A stretch of DNA of 64,000 bases from Gnetum montanum (lineage: Eukaryota; Plantae; Gnetophyta). The stretch is taken from positions 112,988-176,987 of the forward strand of contig MNCI01001817.1 of assembly GCA_015680685.1 (NCBI GenBank), in the 5' to 3' direction. Under the pieces are notes generated by a model. The model worked only from the letters and a program-made list of their open reading frames with translations, was not told the DNA's origin and searched no databases. This document shows, in pieces, positions 1-12,199 of this stretch. A program made the position numbers and the translations under genes. The first letter of the stretch is position 1. The number at the start of each line of letters is the position of its first letter.

Positions 1-679
1 AAGGTGAAGAAGAAGGAGAACCATCACCATGATGATGTTTCTTACCTTCTATTCTATGGATTCGGCCCCGATTGTGATGACGATTTGAGTGCCTGTCCTT
101 GTCATGTGTTGTTGTTCCCTTTGTGAACAGCTGGTGTTCGTAGGGATCAGAACCAGGGTTATGTATCATGGAGCATAGGTTCTGATACCCCACCTCCTCA
201 CTTTCGTTAGGAGGGGGAGCATCCTTTGATAGAGAACCCGTGATAAGTGGTTCACCATCTCCGATTTCACTTAGGACGTGCAAGACCTCTTTGCCCTTCA
301 ATAGTGTATGTTGGCTCTCCTGCCTTAAGTCCCTCATACGTTATGTGGTTGTGGGATGGTAATCCCTCATGTCAAGATCTACCGCAACGTATTTAGCATA
401 GAGCTGGGTCATGCTGATCTGTGCCAAAGCACATAGGAGCATGTTGAGGATTGCACGATTTGGAGGTAACACTATGTTACCTTGCAAGTCTCTCTAATGC
501 ATCTGTTCATCTTGATAGAGGATAAAAGTAAAATTGGATATATACTCTTCGGGATGAGTATATGTCACCTTATATTGCTGAGGAACTGGTTGATTTAGGT
601 TATGTGTTTTAGATTGCCGACTGTTTCTTGTATTATCCCTAGGTGGTGTAATGCTCTTATGAGAAGAAGAAGAAGACAT
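1..679 (-). pseudogene. gag: N-terminal region of gag (disrupted)
   Basis: MSSSSSHK...YTHPEEYISNFTFILYQDEQMH*RDLQGNIVLPPN...YHPTTT aligns with YTHPNEFVPKFSYILH*DEEMWWCDMEGNVILPPD...YHPTKT at 26.15-26.37 kb, which leads into a recognisable gag. Confidence 0.7.
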
Positions 680-1349
680 TATGTCTTATCGGTGTGCTAT
701 TGAACCGTTATATAGTTTTTTTGTTTGATTAACCCTAAGGTTCATTTAAGCTCCCAACGGTGTATGGTTAAGTAAGTCCAAGGTATATGATTTTTATTGT
801 CTTTTCGGTTTTCATCTCCTATGCTGATAATGCAATAGGTAAAGAGACTAATTAACTAACTTTAACTAACTAACTAAGTCTTAATTAACCTAGTGTTAGC
901 ATCCATTCCCACTTACCATTCACACCTTGAACCTATGCAACCTTGGTTACCAAACGCTAATCGTTGCTGGGATCACCAAGTGTAACACACATGCTCGAAG
1001 CGGTTGTACTAAGGCACTTAACTAGGAGAGAAGGATTGAGAGAGGTTTAATAACTGATAAAGCATTTAAATGGAAAACAGTAAGTAACAATAAATAAAAG
1101 TCCTAATTAGCCTATTCCATGCATTGCAAGGTTTATCCAAGAAGTTCATCTTTATTTCCATACACAAACATGTGTTTAGGTACAATATTTGCTCGAATAA
1201 AGATTCGTTCACTTTGGAGCTCCTACTGTGGGCACATGGAAAATATTCTATCTTTGGAGAGATAAAATTGCCAGAGTTTTGCTAAGGGTTTAGATCTAGA
1301 TGATAAACAAAGGGAGAGCCACCTCTTATTTATAGACTTGGCAGCGCAC

Positions 1350-1431
1350 CACGATATCGTGTACGCAATATCGCGGGGGACGACGCGATATCGCGTCTAC
1401 CGCGATATCGCGGCAGACGCGATATCGCGTC
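1350..1431. repeat. Cluster of five palindromes with (CG)CGATATCG(CG) core at the LTR 5' end
   Basis: ACGATATCGT, CGCAATATCGCG, GACGCGATATCGCGTC, CCGCGATATCGCGG and GACGCGATATCGCGTC read directly. Confidence 0.95.
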
Positions 1432-2437
1432 CCATCAATGTAGTAGCGAATTTGGAAATTTTTACTTGATCACAAGTTAAAAAATCAAAAATATTAAGGA
1501 AAGATAAATAAAAATAAGTAAACTAGACTAATCTACAATCTATAAATAGTCATAATAAATAAGAATTCTAATACAAATGAATTACTTTAATTTTCATAGA
1601 AACTATAGAGAAGCTTAGATGTACAAGATTTAAATTGGTGCTGTGAATATATCCTAAGTCTGAAATCATATCATAGTATAAATAAAATTTCAAACTATAT
1701 GACAAAATAAATATTTCCAACACGACATAACTACAAGTATTGACATTTTATATGCATAGTTTAAAAGGGATACATCATCAAAGAAATTTGTGGAATGATA
1801 CCATGCTAGAAATTAAAGTTTACAAAATGAGGATAACAAAGTTTAACTAACTGAATGGTGATATGTTGCATATATGTATTAGTCATGAAAGTATAAACTA
1901 ACAATAACCATAATTATCATATATGCAAAGGAGTGGAATACATAATAGCCTATAAATCATGATATAAATATATTGATAGTTGATGAAGTACAGTAAAGAG
2001 AGTAGTAACATGTAGATGAAATGACAACATACAATCATGGCCTTAGACATTGATGATTATAAAGGTAGCCTATAAAAATAATAGTGTAACACATATAAAA
2101 AAAGATATAGAGATAGAAATCTCAATATATATGAAATGAGAAATAATGAAAAAGAGCATAGTAATCAATTGTGGATAATACAACCTATGGTTAAGATCTA
2201 TATATTACACTATTATAGTGTGTATTATGTTCATGTATAAAACTATTACAATGACTTCTCTTTAGTATAATTGAATTAAAGAACATGTTATTCAATAGTA
2301 ATATCCTTTGTTAACTAATCACTTAACAACTTGATTAGTATTTTTTGTGTAAACCATTATAGTTATACATATGGATATGCATAACATATGTTGACATTAA
2401 TATTAATACTTAAATTCTTAACAACCAACTAGGTAGG

Positions 2438-3244
2438 TGATGAGCGGTGAGGTACCCCTATGCTCAACCATACGAATATGAGCGTTTCACGCACGATCCG
2501 GTTGAATTCCAAGGACTAAGTGCCTATGCACCTTTGTGGAACAAGAATAGGTTGGTTAATTGTTGTCTTCCCAAACTTACTTGTATGTCACGATTGTATG
2601 GTTAAGTAAGCTTGAGGCATATGATTTTTATGGCTTTTATGTGTTTTATATCCTACGCTAGTAAGGAGGGGAGATAGATAACTAAGTAACTAATCTAATT
2701 TAACTACTCATTAACTAAGTTCTAATTACTCCTAACACTAGTATCCATTCCCACTTTCCGTACACATCCTGAACTAGTGCAATGCTGCTAGGATTACCAA
2801 ACGTTAATCATCAATGGGTTACCAAGCGCTACACGCATGCTCGAAGTGGTTGTACTGAGTGTATTTAACTAAGAGAGTTGTAGGGTGAGAGAAATCATTA
2901 ATCAGCTAGGAAAGAATTAAATAATAATTAACGCTAATTAATCTATTCTGAATGCTGCAAGGTTTATCATAAAGTTCATCTTTATTGCTGTACACAAAGT
3001 GTGCTTAGGTACACAATGCTCGAATAAAGATCTGTTCACTCTATGACTCCTACTGCGGGCATGCAGAAATAATTCTAACTTTGGAGGTAAAAAATGACAA
3101 TCTTTTGGCTAAGGGACTAACTTTCTAATGTGAAAACCAAGGGTGCCACCTCTTATTTATAGGTAAGGAGACAAGCCATGATATCGAGAATCCGACATTG
3201 CATGGTTGGATCTGATATCGTGGACGTGATATCGCGGTTCATCA
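2438..3244 (-). mobile_element. Solo LTR of the Athila-like family
   Basis: Termini TGATGA...TCATCA; exact 5-bp TSD GTAGG at 2433-2437 and 3245-3249; homologous to 761-1437 and 25075-25911; no adjacent PBS or PPT. Confidence 0.93.
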
Positions 3245-3399
3245 GTAGGGATATCTAGAATTAGGATGTTGCACTCTCCTCTTATTAATATTATTTCTCT
3301 TAAAAGATATCAAGATTATTGGTATATAAATTTTTTTCCATTTTCAAGTTTTTTCTTGTGTATTATGTATCTTCCAAAAAAAAAAAAAATCTCAACTAT

Positions 3400-5870
3400 A
3401 GAAATAACTTTACTTCTTAATTACCTTTCCATCCAATCTTGACTTACCTTTCTACATAACTAACATTAGATTAAACTTTTATAGCTTACCACTCTATTAT
3501 ATGACTATGATCTAGAATGTACTTTCTCAACAATAAAACATGAAACATATCATAAATAGATTGCAACTATTGTAAAATATTAATATAATAAGAAAATTAT
3601 CTAAATATTTTCAAAATTAGAATGGGACCAATGTATCATAATGATAACTTTCCATTATTATCTAATCATATAATGTTTTTAAAAGATGAAATTTTAAGAA
3701 AGACATGATCTTCAATGTTGAATTTTAACAGTATTCTTCTATTATTGGCATACTTGGTAAATCCATACTGCACTTTCTAAAGTCTATCTATAATAATCTT
3801 AATTTGTTCTATAGGCTTTTAAGTAACGTTTATGCAAGTATTCTATCTATCCTTTATGATATCCTAGTAAAGAGGTGTACAACAAGGTCTACCATGCAAT
3901 ACTTCATATGATGCTTCTTTCAAATTGGCCCAATACCTATTGTAGTAAGAGAACTCTATAAATGAAAGAACTATATCCCAACTATCTTTGTAATTTAAAA
4001 TATGGGCTTTGAGAATATATTATATGATCTGATTCTTTCTCTTCATTTGACCATTTATCTATAGGTGATAAATAAAACTAAGAGTCAATTTAGTACCCAA
4101 GCTCTTCTAAAAAAGACTACCAAAATCTTGAAGTAAACCTTAGATATCTTTCTAATATAATCTTAGTTGGAATATCATGAAGTCTAATAACCTCTAATAG
4201 AAATAACTGAGAAATCTCTTTGGCATTAATTATTATTATTTTGATTAATAATTAAGAAGTTTTGGTCAAAAGGTTTATGATCACAAGGATGGAAACCTCT
4301 TCATTGTATGTATGAGATAATCTTGTGATGAAATCCATGCTAGTGGTTTTCCACTTTGACTCCATCATAGTATTTAGATGGAAATAACTATTAAGTCTCT
4401 AATGCTCAATCTTAACTTGTTGACAAATTACACACTTAGTTACAAACTCATCTTCATTCTTCTTTATGTCAGGTTGCCAATATTGATTTTGGATATTTTG
4501 GTACATCTTATGATTGCTAATATGAATCTAATACGTAGAAAAGTTTCCCATAGTAACTTTAACCCTAACTTGAACTAAAATATAAAGCCTACTCTTAAAA
4601 TTCAATAAGCCTAAATTATTCACTAAAAATAGAAAATTATTTATTAAAAGATATATTGTCTTCTTTTAATACTAAGGGTTTAAGAGTTATTAAGAAGTTA
4701 TTTCATCCACTAGATTACATAAGATAGTTAGATTGTAGACTTTTCTTGTTATCCTACTTAGTGCATGTACCACTATTTTACCCTTGACTACATGGTATTG
4801 GACTATAAGTCAAAATATTCTAACAACTCAATTTGCCTCATCAATATAATGTTGAACAATGGCTGATTCATCACATATTAGCTATGGTGTTTTATAGCTT
4901 GTAATTTTTGTGGACATTGGATTGAAATATTATCATGTTGGGTGCAAATCCTAGAAATATTTCAAAAGTTATCATAGAAAATAGGCTAGAAGAAACACCC
5001 ATGAGGCCTTTCCAAAACAATATGTAATAACACCCATATATCCTCTTGCATTTAGATACATATATACATGCTACGGAGCTAAGGTTTATAGTTGATTTAT
5101 GTGGATCCATGATTAATAATTCTTAAAAAATTTTAGTGACTCTTTGAAGGACTCCAAACTAAAATTTAATTAGAAGTTCCAAGAGGTGCATCCACACTAC
5201 CAACTAGAACTTGGTCTAGATCTAGTCATGAATCTACCTTTGCATCAATAGATTCTTGGGAGCCTATTTATTCACTTGCATGATCAATTAGCCAACCTTC
5301 AAAGTTGTGATCAACTTAATTGCAGTAATATCCTTTTCTTCCATAAGAATCTTCAAGATGATGCTTCCTCTTAGTGGGTTAACATTCATTGGAATCCTTA
5401 GCTAGGCTCTTACAACCCATGATTTTAACTTCATGATCATGTCATTGAAAGTGCCTACTAACATTTGTCAAAAATATTATTTCTATGCATGGAGCACTTT
5501 TTCAAGAATAACAATACTAAGGTCATCTGAAGTCTTAAAACTAGAGAAATATTTCTTTTCACAATCCTTCTCTTAGGCTTGTTAAAACTAGGATCTTACA
5601 TAAAAAGCATAAGTAAATGAGATCCTATAATTGACCAAACATTTGTTGCTAATTATCTCATCTACCATGACTCATAATCCAACTTGCAAGGAGCCGAACA
5701 TGCTAATTCAACATCCAAAACTTGTGCTTATCCAACTATCATACTAGTGAAACCCTTCTACTCTCCAAAGTCACCATCTTCTAAATTTCCTATCATGAAT
5801 CTTCCTTTTGTAGACTCATGATAAGGGTGAGAGTATTGATAAGATGAATCATTGGATATATTGGAACTTT
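3400..5870 (-). mobile_element. Highly decayed L1-type LINE ORF2 C-terminal fragments (post-RT region, RNase H-like), probably two pieces
   Basis: Weak minus-strand remnants: IGNLEDGDFG (~5790, W.IGNG..FW-like), GYMGVI...IIFQSN...NTIAN (4860-5050, RNase H-like), QYWQPDIKRMK (~4470). Boundaries approximate. Confidence 0.45.
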
Positions 5871-5899
5871 TGTATAGGCCTTTAGAAACTACTTCCTAG

Positions 5900-7430
5900 C
5901 TAGGGATGGATGAAAGGGAGAAGGACATAGAGAAATATTCATAGGATTGGTAGGTTGTCATGCATAAAAATAAAATTAAGGTACTAGTGGAGGGTAGCAA
6001 CAACAAACCTTGTTGGATCCAAAATAGGATGATGGGAAGACATGCAAAGGTTAGTATAAGTAGTAACACCAAGGTTTATTTAATTATTGGACTTACTCTA
6101 AGCAAAACAACTAGATCTTATTGCTCTTGGAAGATCCATTGGAGAATGGACCTAGTAGGGTTTTAGCTATGAAGGATAGAAGGAAGAAAATTATTTGTGA
6201 TAATGGTAATGGATGATAAGGAACACTAGACAACCTAGTTAAGGTCATTTATAACCTAGGTGTTTTAGTCTCTTTCAAATATGTACCAAGGTATATTAGT
6301 GGATACCATCTTCCCAATGCTTGCCCCTTCACCATGATAATGTTATTTTGAAATTTTATTGGTCTTTGAAAACTAGAAAAGATAAAATTTTTGAAATAGT
6401 TTTTGTAGAAAAATATCATAAATGTGACTCTTATTCAAGAGACAAAAGTTATGGTTTTCTCTTGGGAACTTTGGCTTAGCTACTTTGGATGTGCAACACT
6501 AGCTCACGAATTTAGTAGCGGTTTAGTTTATCTTTGGCATAATAATCTTGTATTCTAGGATAATGTGTTTTCTCCTAACTTGGTTGGTATTATGGGGGGT
6601 GGGATAAAAAATTTGAATGTTCATTGTTTAGATTTTAGCTCCCAATGCTAGGACTATAATAGGCATGTTTTAGAGATTGGATCTAAGAAGGATTGGATCA
6701 TAGAAGGAGATTAGAATTTTACAAGGAGGAGGAAGCTTTGAGCTAGTTCTTTGGATTAGAATTTGGAAAGTAAATTGTTTAATGAATTAAAGTAATAAGG
6801 AGATCTAATGAAGATTTAGGTTTTCCTTGACTGCTTCATTTAGAAATAATTAACATAGAAAGATAAACGGATTGCCTCATACTTAAATCATTTTTTCTTC
6901 CTTACTTTGGCTAGATTGCTCACTACTTGGTTAGCAAGGTTCTCTCTTGGATTTACATTGATCATTACTCCATTATTTTTAAATGGAGGACATGAACTTT
7001 TTATGAAGTTTCATTTCAATTTAAGAACACGTGGCTTGCCAAATATAGATTTCAAGATTAGCTCATGTGGGTTTGGAACTAGGAGGTTTTTGCCCCTATG
7101 TTTCCATGAATGCTAGTAAAGCTAGCATAGTTTCACCGATTCTACTTTTAGAATTGGAAATGGACCTAGCTCCCATGGATGTAGGAGGCTTTGGATAAGG
7201 TTGGAAAAATCTAGTAGTAAGTGGTCTCACTACTAGATTGGGATATGATTTTTTCAAGATCTTATGGTGATAGAGAAATAAGTGCAATCCTTGGCCCATG
7301 AATAGGAGGCCTATTGGAAGTAGTGGATAAAGAAGATATGGATGAAGAAAAGGAATCACAACTCCACTTACTTTCATATGATTATAAATAAGATAAATCA
7401 AAAAAATATTTTTAGTGACCATTTTCACTC
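5900..7430 (-). pseudogene. Possible LINE ORF1 remnant (degenerate zinc-knuckle region followed by Pro/Ser-rich tail)
   Basis: ORF 7096-7428 (…YPLLPIG…HKILKKSYP…) loosely resembles the LINE ORF1 knuckle context; lies among LINE fragments. Confidence 0.3.
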
Positions 7431-7499
7431 ATTATTAAGAAGACCTTAAAGTTGGAATTTATTTTCTTCACATTCTATATGAAAAAATGATAAGGTTAA

Positions 7500-8990
7500 T
7501 CCTAGCCTTATCCAAGGTATGATCCTATAGTCTATATTTGTGACTGATTATGAATTCTTATAAAGCCATCTTATAAGGAATGAGATTCATAGAATGATGA
7601 TTGATTCCCCAAATCATAAAACACCTAGACTGGATGATTGGAATATTCACTTTATCAAGGTTTATTGGGACATCATATGGAAGAATTTGAAGGTTTTTTC
7701 TTATTAAGATTTGAATATGGTAAATTTTCAAAATTTTGAAATAACACTTACATTATTTTGATCTTTGAAAGAAATGTTATTAAGTCTCCGGTAGACTTTA
7801 GGTCTATTAGTCTTTGTCCTAGCTTTTATAAAATTATCTCCAAGATTATGATTAATCACATTAACCCTTTTCTATCTAATATCATTCAAGGAGATCAATA
7901 ATGTTTTATTTGAGGAAGAAATATTGTTGATAGAATCATTACTACCAATGAGGCCCTACATTGGGCCAATACCTAGTGATAAGAAATTTGCTTTATTAAG
8001 TTAGATCTACCCAAGGATTAGGATAAAATGGATTAGAATGTGTTACTTTTCACCATTTAAGAGTTGGGGGTTCAACCAATGGGCTTGTAATTTTATCAAA
8101 TAAATAATATTTATGGTTTGGTTTCAAGTCATTTTACATGAAAAAGTGTTTCAAAAATTCTACTTGAGGAGGGATGTTTTTTTAAGGTGATTCTTGATCA
8201 TCTTATCTTAATTCTACTAGTGTTAATAACTTATGATGATGGATAAGAAAGATACAAGTCATGTATCATTTTCCTTAGCATCTTAGTATCCTATGATATG
8301 TGGATGATACAATGATTTTTTTCTAGCATCTATTCTTGAGGATAAGAAAGTAAAATAGATGTTGAAAGGCTTTTGTAAGTCTACTAGATTGGAAGTGAAT
8401 TTGAATAAGATGAAGATCTTCCATGTTGGTTGTCTAGTGGATAGGTTTGATAGAATAATTCATTTCTTTGGATGTAACATTTGTTTACTTCTCACTACCT
8501 ACTTGGGATAACTCTTCTTCATTAATCATAAATTTGCTAGATGCTAGGAAGGAGTGCTAACTAAGCTATAGAAGAAATTGGCTTCTTGGAGAGGGATGTT
8601 TTTTCATCCATGAGTAAGTTGACTTTGGTTAAGTCTGTTCTTTCCTATATTTCCATTTATAATGCTTTCTTGTTCAACCCTTGGTCTAGTTCACCTCACA
8701 AGTTTATCAAATTTTTCATAATTTTCTTTGGTTTGGGTTGGATATGAACCATCAATTTTACTTACTTTCTTGGAAAAAAAATGGCTACTTCTTTTCATGT
8801 GCATAATTGTAAGCTAAGAGATTTTTGGAAGCAAGTCTATATCTTTGGAGCCAAGTTAGTTTGAGAGGTTTGGTTTCAAGTGGACAAACCTTGAGTTAAT
8901 TATATTCAATTGTGTTATTTGGATCTATGAAAATGTATAGCTAGAGCCTTTAAAATCTAGAAGATTATTATGATTAGTTAAGAAGATTTC
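7500..8990 (+). mobile_element. L1-type LINE reverse transcriptase region (pseudogene)
   Basis: Motifs in the expected order: HKTPRLDDW..FIKVYWDI (KAPGPDG), NNTYIILI, DFRSISLCPSFYKIISK, GRNIVDRIITTNE, IKLDLPKD*DK, YVDDT, LEVNLNK, TYLGI, KKLASWRG, LTLVKSVLS. Confidence 0.9.
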
Positions 8991-11189
8991 CTTATAGTGA
9001 CTTCCATGGATATTTTTAAGGATGCTTTGATGTGCTATAACCATGAAAAAATAAGGTACATCAACTATAGGAAACTCTAGTGAGATAAAGGTAACATTAA
9101 TCCAAGTAATTTGTACTTATTTTATAAGAATGTAAAATTTTTTCTTAGTTATCCTAGACAATCTTTATGTTTCTTCCACAAGGGTAGTAACCACAACCAA
9201 GTCTTTGAGATATGGCTTTATTATTAAGTTCCATCACCCCTAGAATACCTAAATCTCAACAACTTGATATTGTATATACTTATCTAGGTTTGCATCATTT
9301 GTAAATATAATGAAGATAGGATACTCGTAAGATCCATTACCTTTACTTAACTAGTATGGTTATTAGAAAGAAGATGGTGTAAAAAAAGTATACTCATTAG
9401 ATAACATTGTAATATTCTACTCTACTAACCTTCCCCTTAGCATTAGAAATATTGAGCTTAGTAATATTTATTTCATTTGCTAAGTATGCTATCATATTAT
9501 AATGAAAGATAATCTCTTATAAGTATTAAGTTTTCTAGTAGATCATGCTAATAATCTCAATTTAGCAAAAATAGGCTATTCTAGTTTTTTAAAACTCTAA
9601 AAATTCAACCTTGTTTTTGAGTTCCAAACATGTATAATGTGTAGTTTTCAACAAGATGATTCCAATAATACCACTTTCATCTTGATCATACTTATGATTT
9701 GTGAGATATCAAGGTTTGAAGTTTCTTATTAAATATGACTTAATATAATTAAAATTTTAAAAATTTATTAAATTGAAATTGAAATTATTTCCAATCATTA
9801 TGCTAACCACCAAGTTATGAGTCCTAGTTGTCATAATTTTATAATTGACATATATATACACATAGCTTAATTAAAATTCATTTGAAAAAATTTTCCACAT
9901 ATAATAGTTGAGGCCACACCAACAATGCTAAAGAGCTAGCTCACTCCATGGTCGTCCCCTTGCTAGAGTTGTATCAAAGCCTATTCCCAACTATAGGAGA
10001 TCATCTTCATCATCACAATTACTAGCACACATCTTCAATCATGTCACAATACCAAATATAGTGTACATCTTAAGATCTTCTACACATTTGGCTCTAAGAT
10101 CATAATATATAGCATGCCAATTCATAGTCATGATGGCATCATCATCATGATGATTTCCTTTTAATTTTTTATGTATAGCACCATCCTCTACATTGACTCA
10201 TCTTCATGCCTACAAATGCTAGTGTCCTACGAAGCTTCTATTCATAGTGCCCAATGTTATGGCATAGGAGATGCTTGTTAAATTTCTATGTAGGAGAGAA
10301 CTACTGCTCATTCAACATATATTTATATTTTTTAAATTTTTTTTACCATGACCAAACCAGCCACAAAGGGACTATGAAATCCCTTAAATGGACCACATTG
10401 ATCCTTAAGGGGGTTATGGAAACCTATGAAAGGATTCACATAGACTCATGGAGGAAGCTATGTAATCCATGTCCATTCATGAAATGCCATGGTAGGTCTT
10501 CCATAAATCTTTGAAGATGCTTTGCTACATGTATTTCATGTTTTTAGGTCATTTTTTTACCACGAAGCTATCACCTTCTTTCACTATTATACGTGACCCT
10601 TCCTATGCTACCTACCATCCTAGACCCTTACTACCATTGTGCTTGCATCACTTACCTACACTAATAGGATTATTAATAGTGCATGCCAAAGCCCTCATGT
10701 CCATGTTTTCTACCATGAATTTTAGTGGTATGGACCTATGATATCTATAGATACCATGAGCACTATATATTTTTACCAAGGTAGAGCTCATTGATATTTT
10801 AAGCACTATATGTTTGTACTAGACTGGCACCCCTCTACATCATGAGTTCCTACTAGAAATGAATAGGAAAATTTTAATTTTTAGTATTTAAAATTTAAAT
10901 TAGAATTTAAATATTAAGTCACAATCAACTTTGACCAACTAGAACAATCAGTTAACTAGTAGTAGAAGAGATAAAAATAAAAAGCTAGGAATGTTGGTCC
11001 TAAAGTAGTATTGGGATGCATGAACTCTCAATAAGTTTTGAAATTCATGGAATTTTTAGGAACTTAAAATATTAATAAATTTTATTTTAGAAGCCTTTTT
11101 TTGATGAAAAAAATATTTATTTTCAATAAATTTCAACTCCTAGATATAATGGAATAGTTAGATTGAGCATATTGGAGTGGGTTCACTCC

Positions 11190-12153
11190 AATGGAAAATC
11201 AGCTTTAATCCCACTAAATCTAGATATTATGAAAAGAAAATTAATTTGCCAGAAATTAGGAAAACTAGATATCTTCAATTATTAAAGAGAAGATTACAAT
11301 ATGGTTCCAAAACCTATAAAACATCTAAAACTTTCTTAATACTTAAACGATGCTATAGAGCATGAGTCTCTACAATAACATAATGGTTGTTCTTAATGCA
11401 AGATACAACCAATAGAAAATCTCTTTCATATTTGGGACTAAGATCTTAACACACAGGTAAAATCAATAACACATAGGCTAATACACCATAGAATTGATCT
11501 TGGAGCTACAACTACATATGCACCCACTTAATGTGCTATCTCATACTCTTGCTTAACCTCATCTCATGAACTTTTATGTCATCTCTTGTAACATCTCTTA
11601 GTCATACAAGCATGGAACATGCTAATATTGATTGGAAAAGATTAGATAAGATTTATAGAAATATTTTCCCAACATAAATTAAGGATTTTCAATTTTTTTC
11701 ATCTTTTTCCATCTTCTACTGACTATTTCTTGAACTTGAATGGGTATTTTTGAAAGTTTTCCTAGCTATACAGGTTGTCTCTAGCCTTCTTGAATCAAAT
11801 TTTCTTAAAACTAGGAATGCAGGTGAGATGTCTCTTCTTATGTTTAGACATCTCCTCTAGAGCTAGAACATCTTAATCATACTTGGGAAATCTTAGCTAA
11901 GATGTCTTAGCATTTCTTCAGACATCCCATGCTCAACTAGTACATCTGATACTCCTATGAGATGTCTCATCTAGGATGACTGTTAAACATTTGAGACATG
12001 TCTTGATGTACATAGAAATGTTCTTTGAGAGCACATATATTGGACAAGAAATATCTTTAATCTTCAAGATGTCTCTACAAATCCTAAAACCTACAAAAAT
12101 AAAACATAGGAAAGATAACAAGATAATCAAAAGAAGTATCCCTACTCTAACTA
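11190..12153 (-). repeat. 3' LTR of the CRM-like element
   Basis: Collinear with 15740-16507 plus 17083-17221; abuts the PPT; left boundary approximate. Confidence 0.8.
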
Positions 12154-12170
12154 TTCCCCCTACCCTTCTT
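12154..12170 (-). promoter_or_regulatory. Polypurine tract
   Basis: Minus strand AAGAAGGGTAGGGGGAA directly upstream of the 3' LTR. Confidence 0.75.
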
Positions 12171-12199
12171 TAAAAAATAAACTCATGTGAACAAGGAAG

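Larger units (their letters stand above)
1..1437 (-). mobile_element. 5' part of an Athila-like Ty3/gypsy LTR retrotransposon (partial 5' LTR ~761-1437, leader, gag N-terminus running off the window)
   Basis: 761-1437 is collinear with the solo LTR 2438-3244 and with the LTR 25075-25911 (reverse complement); the minus strand begins TGATGG at 1437; TATA (TATAAATA on minus) near 1326-1333; translation of 1-679 matches 26.08-26.74 kb. Confidence 0.85.

Noticed and set aside
9900-11150. CCATG-rich segment as another LTR or DNA transposon
   Set aside because: No termini, TSD or second copy found in the window.
11171-11192. Hairpin ATTGGAGTG-GGTT-CACTCCAAT as a Helitron end or terminator
   Set aside because: No following CTRR end or other support; a single 9-bp stem can arise by chance.
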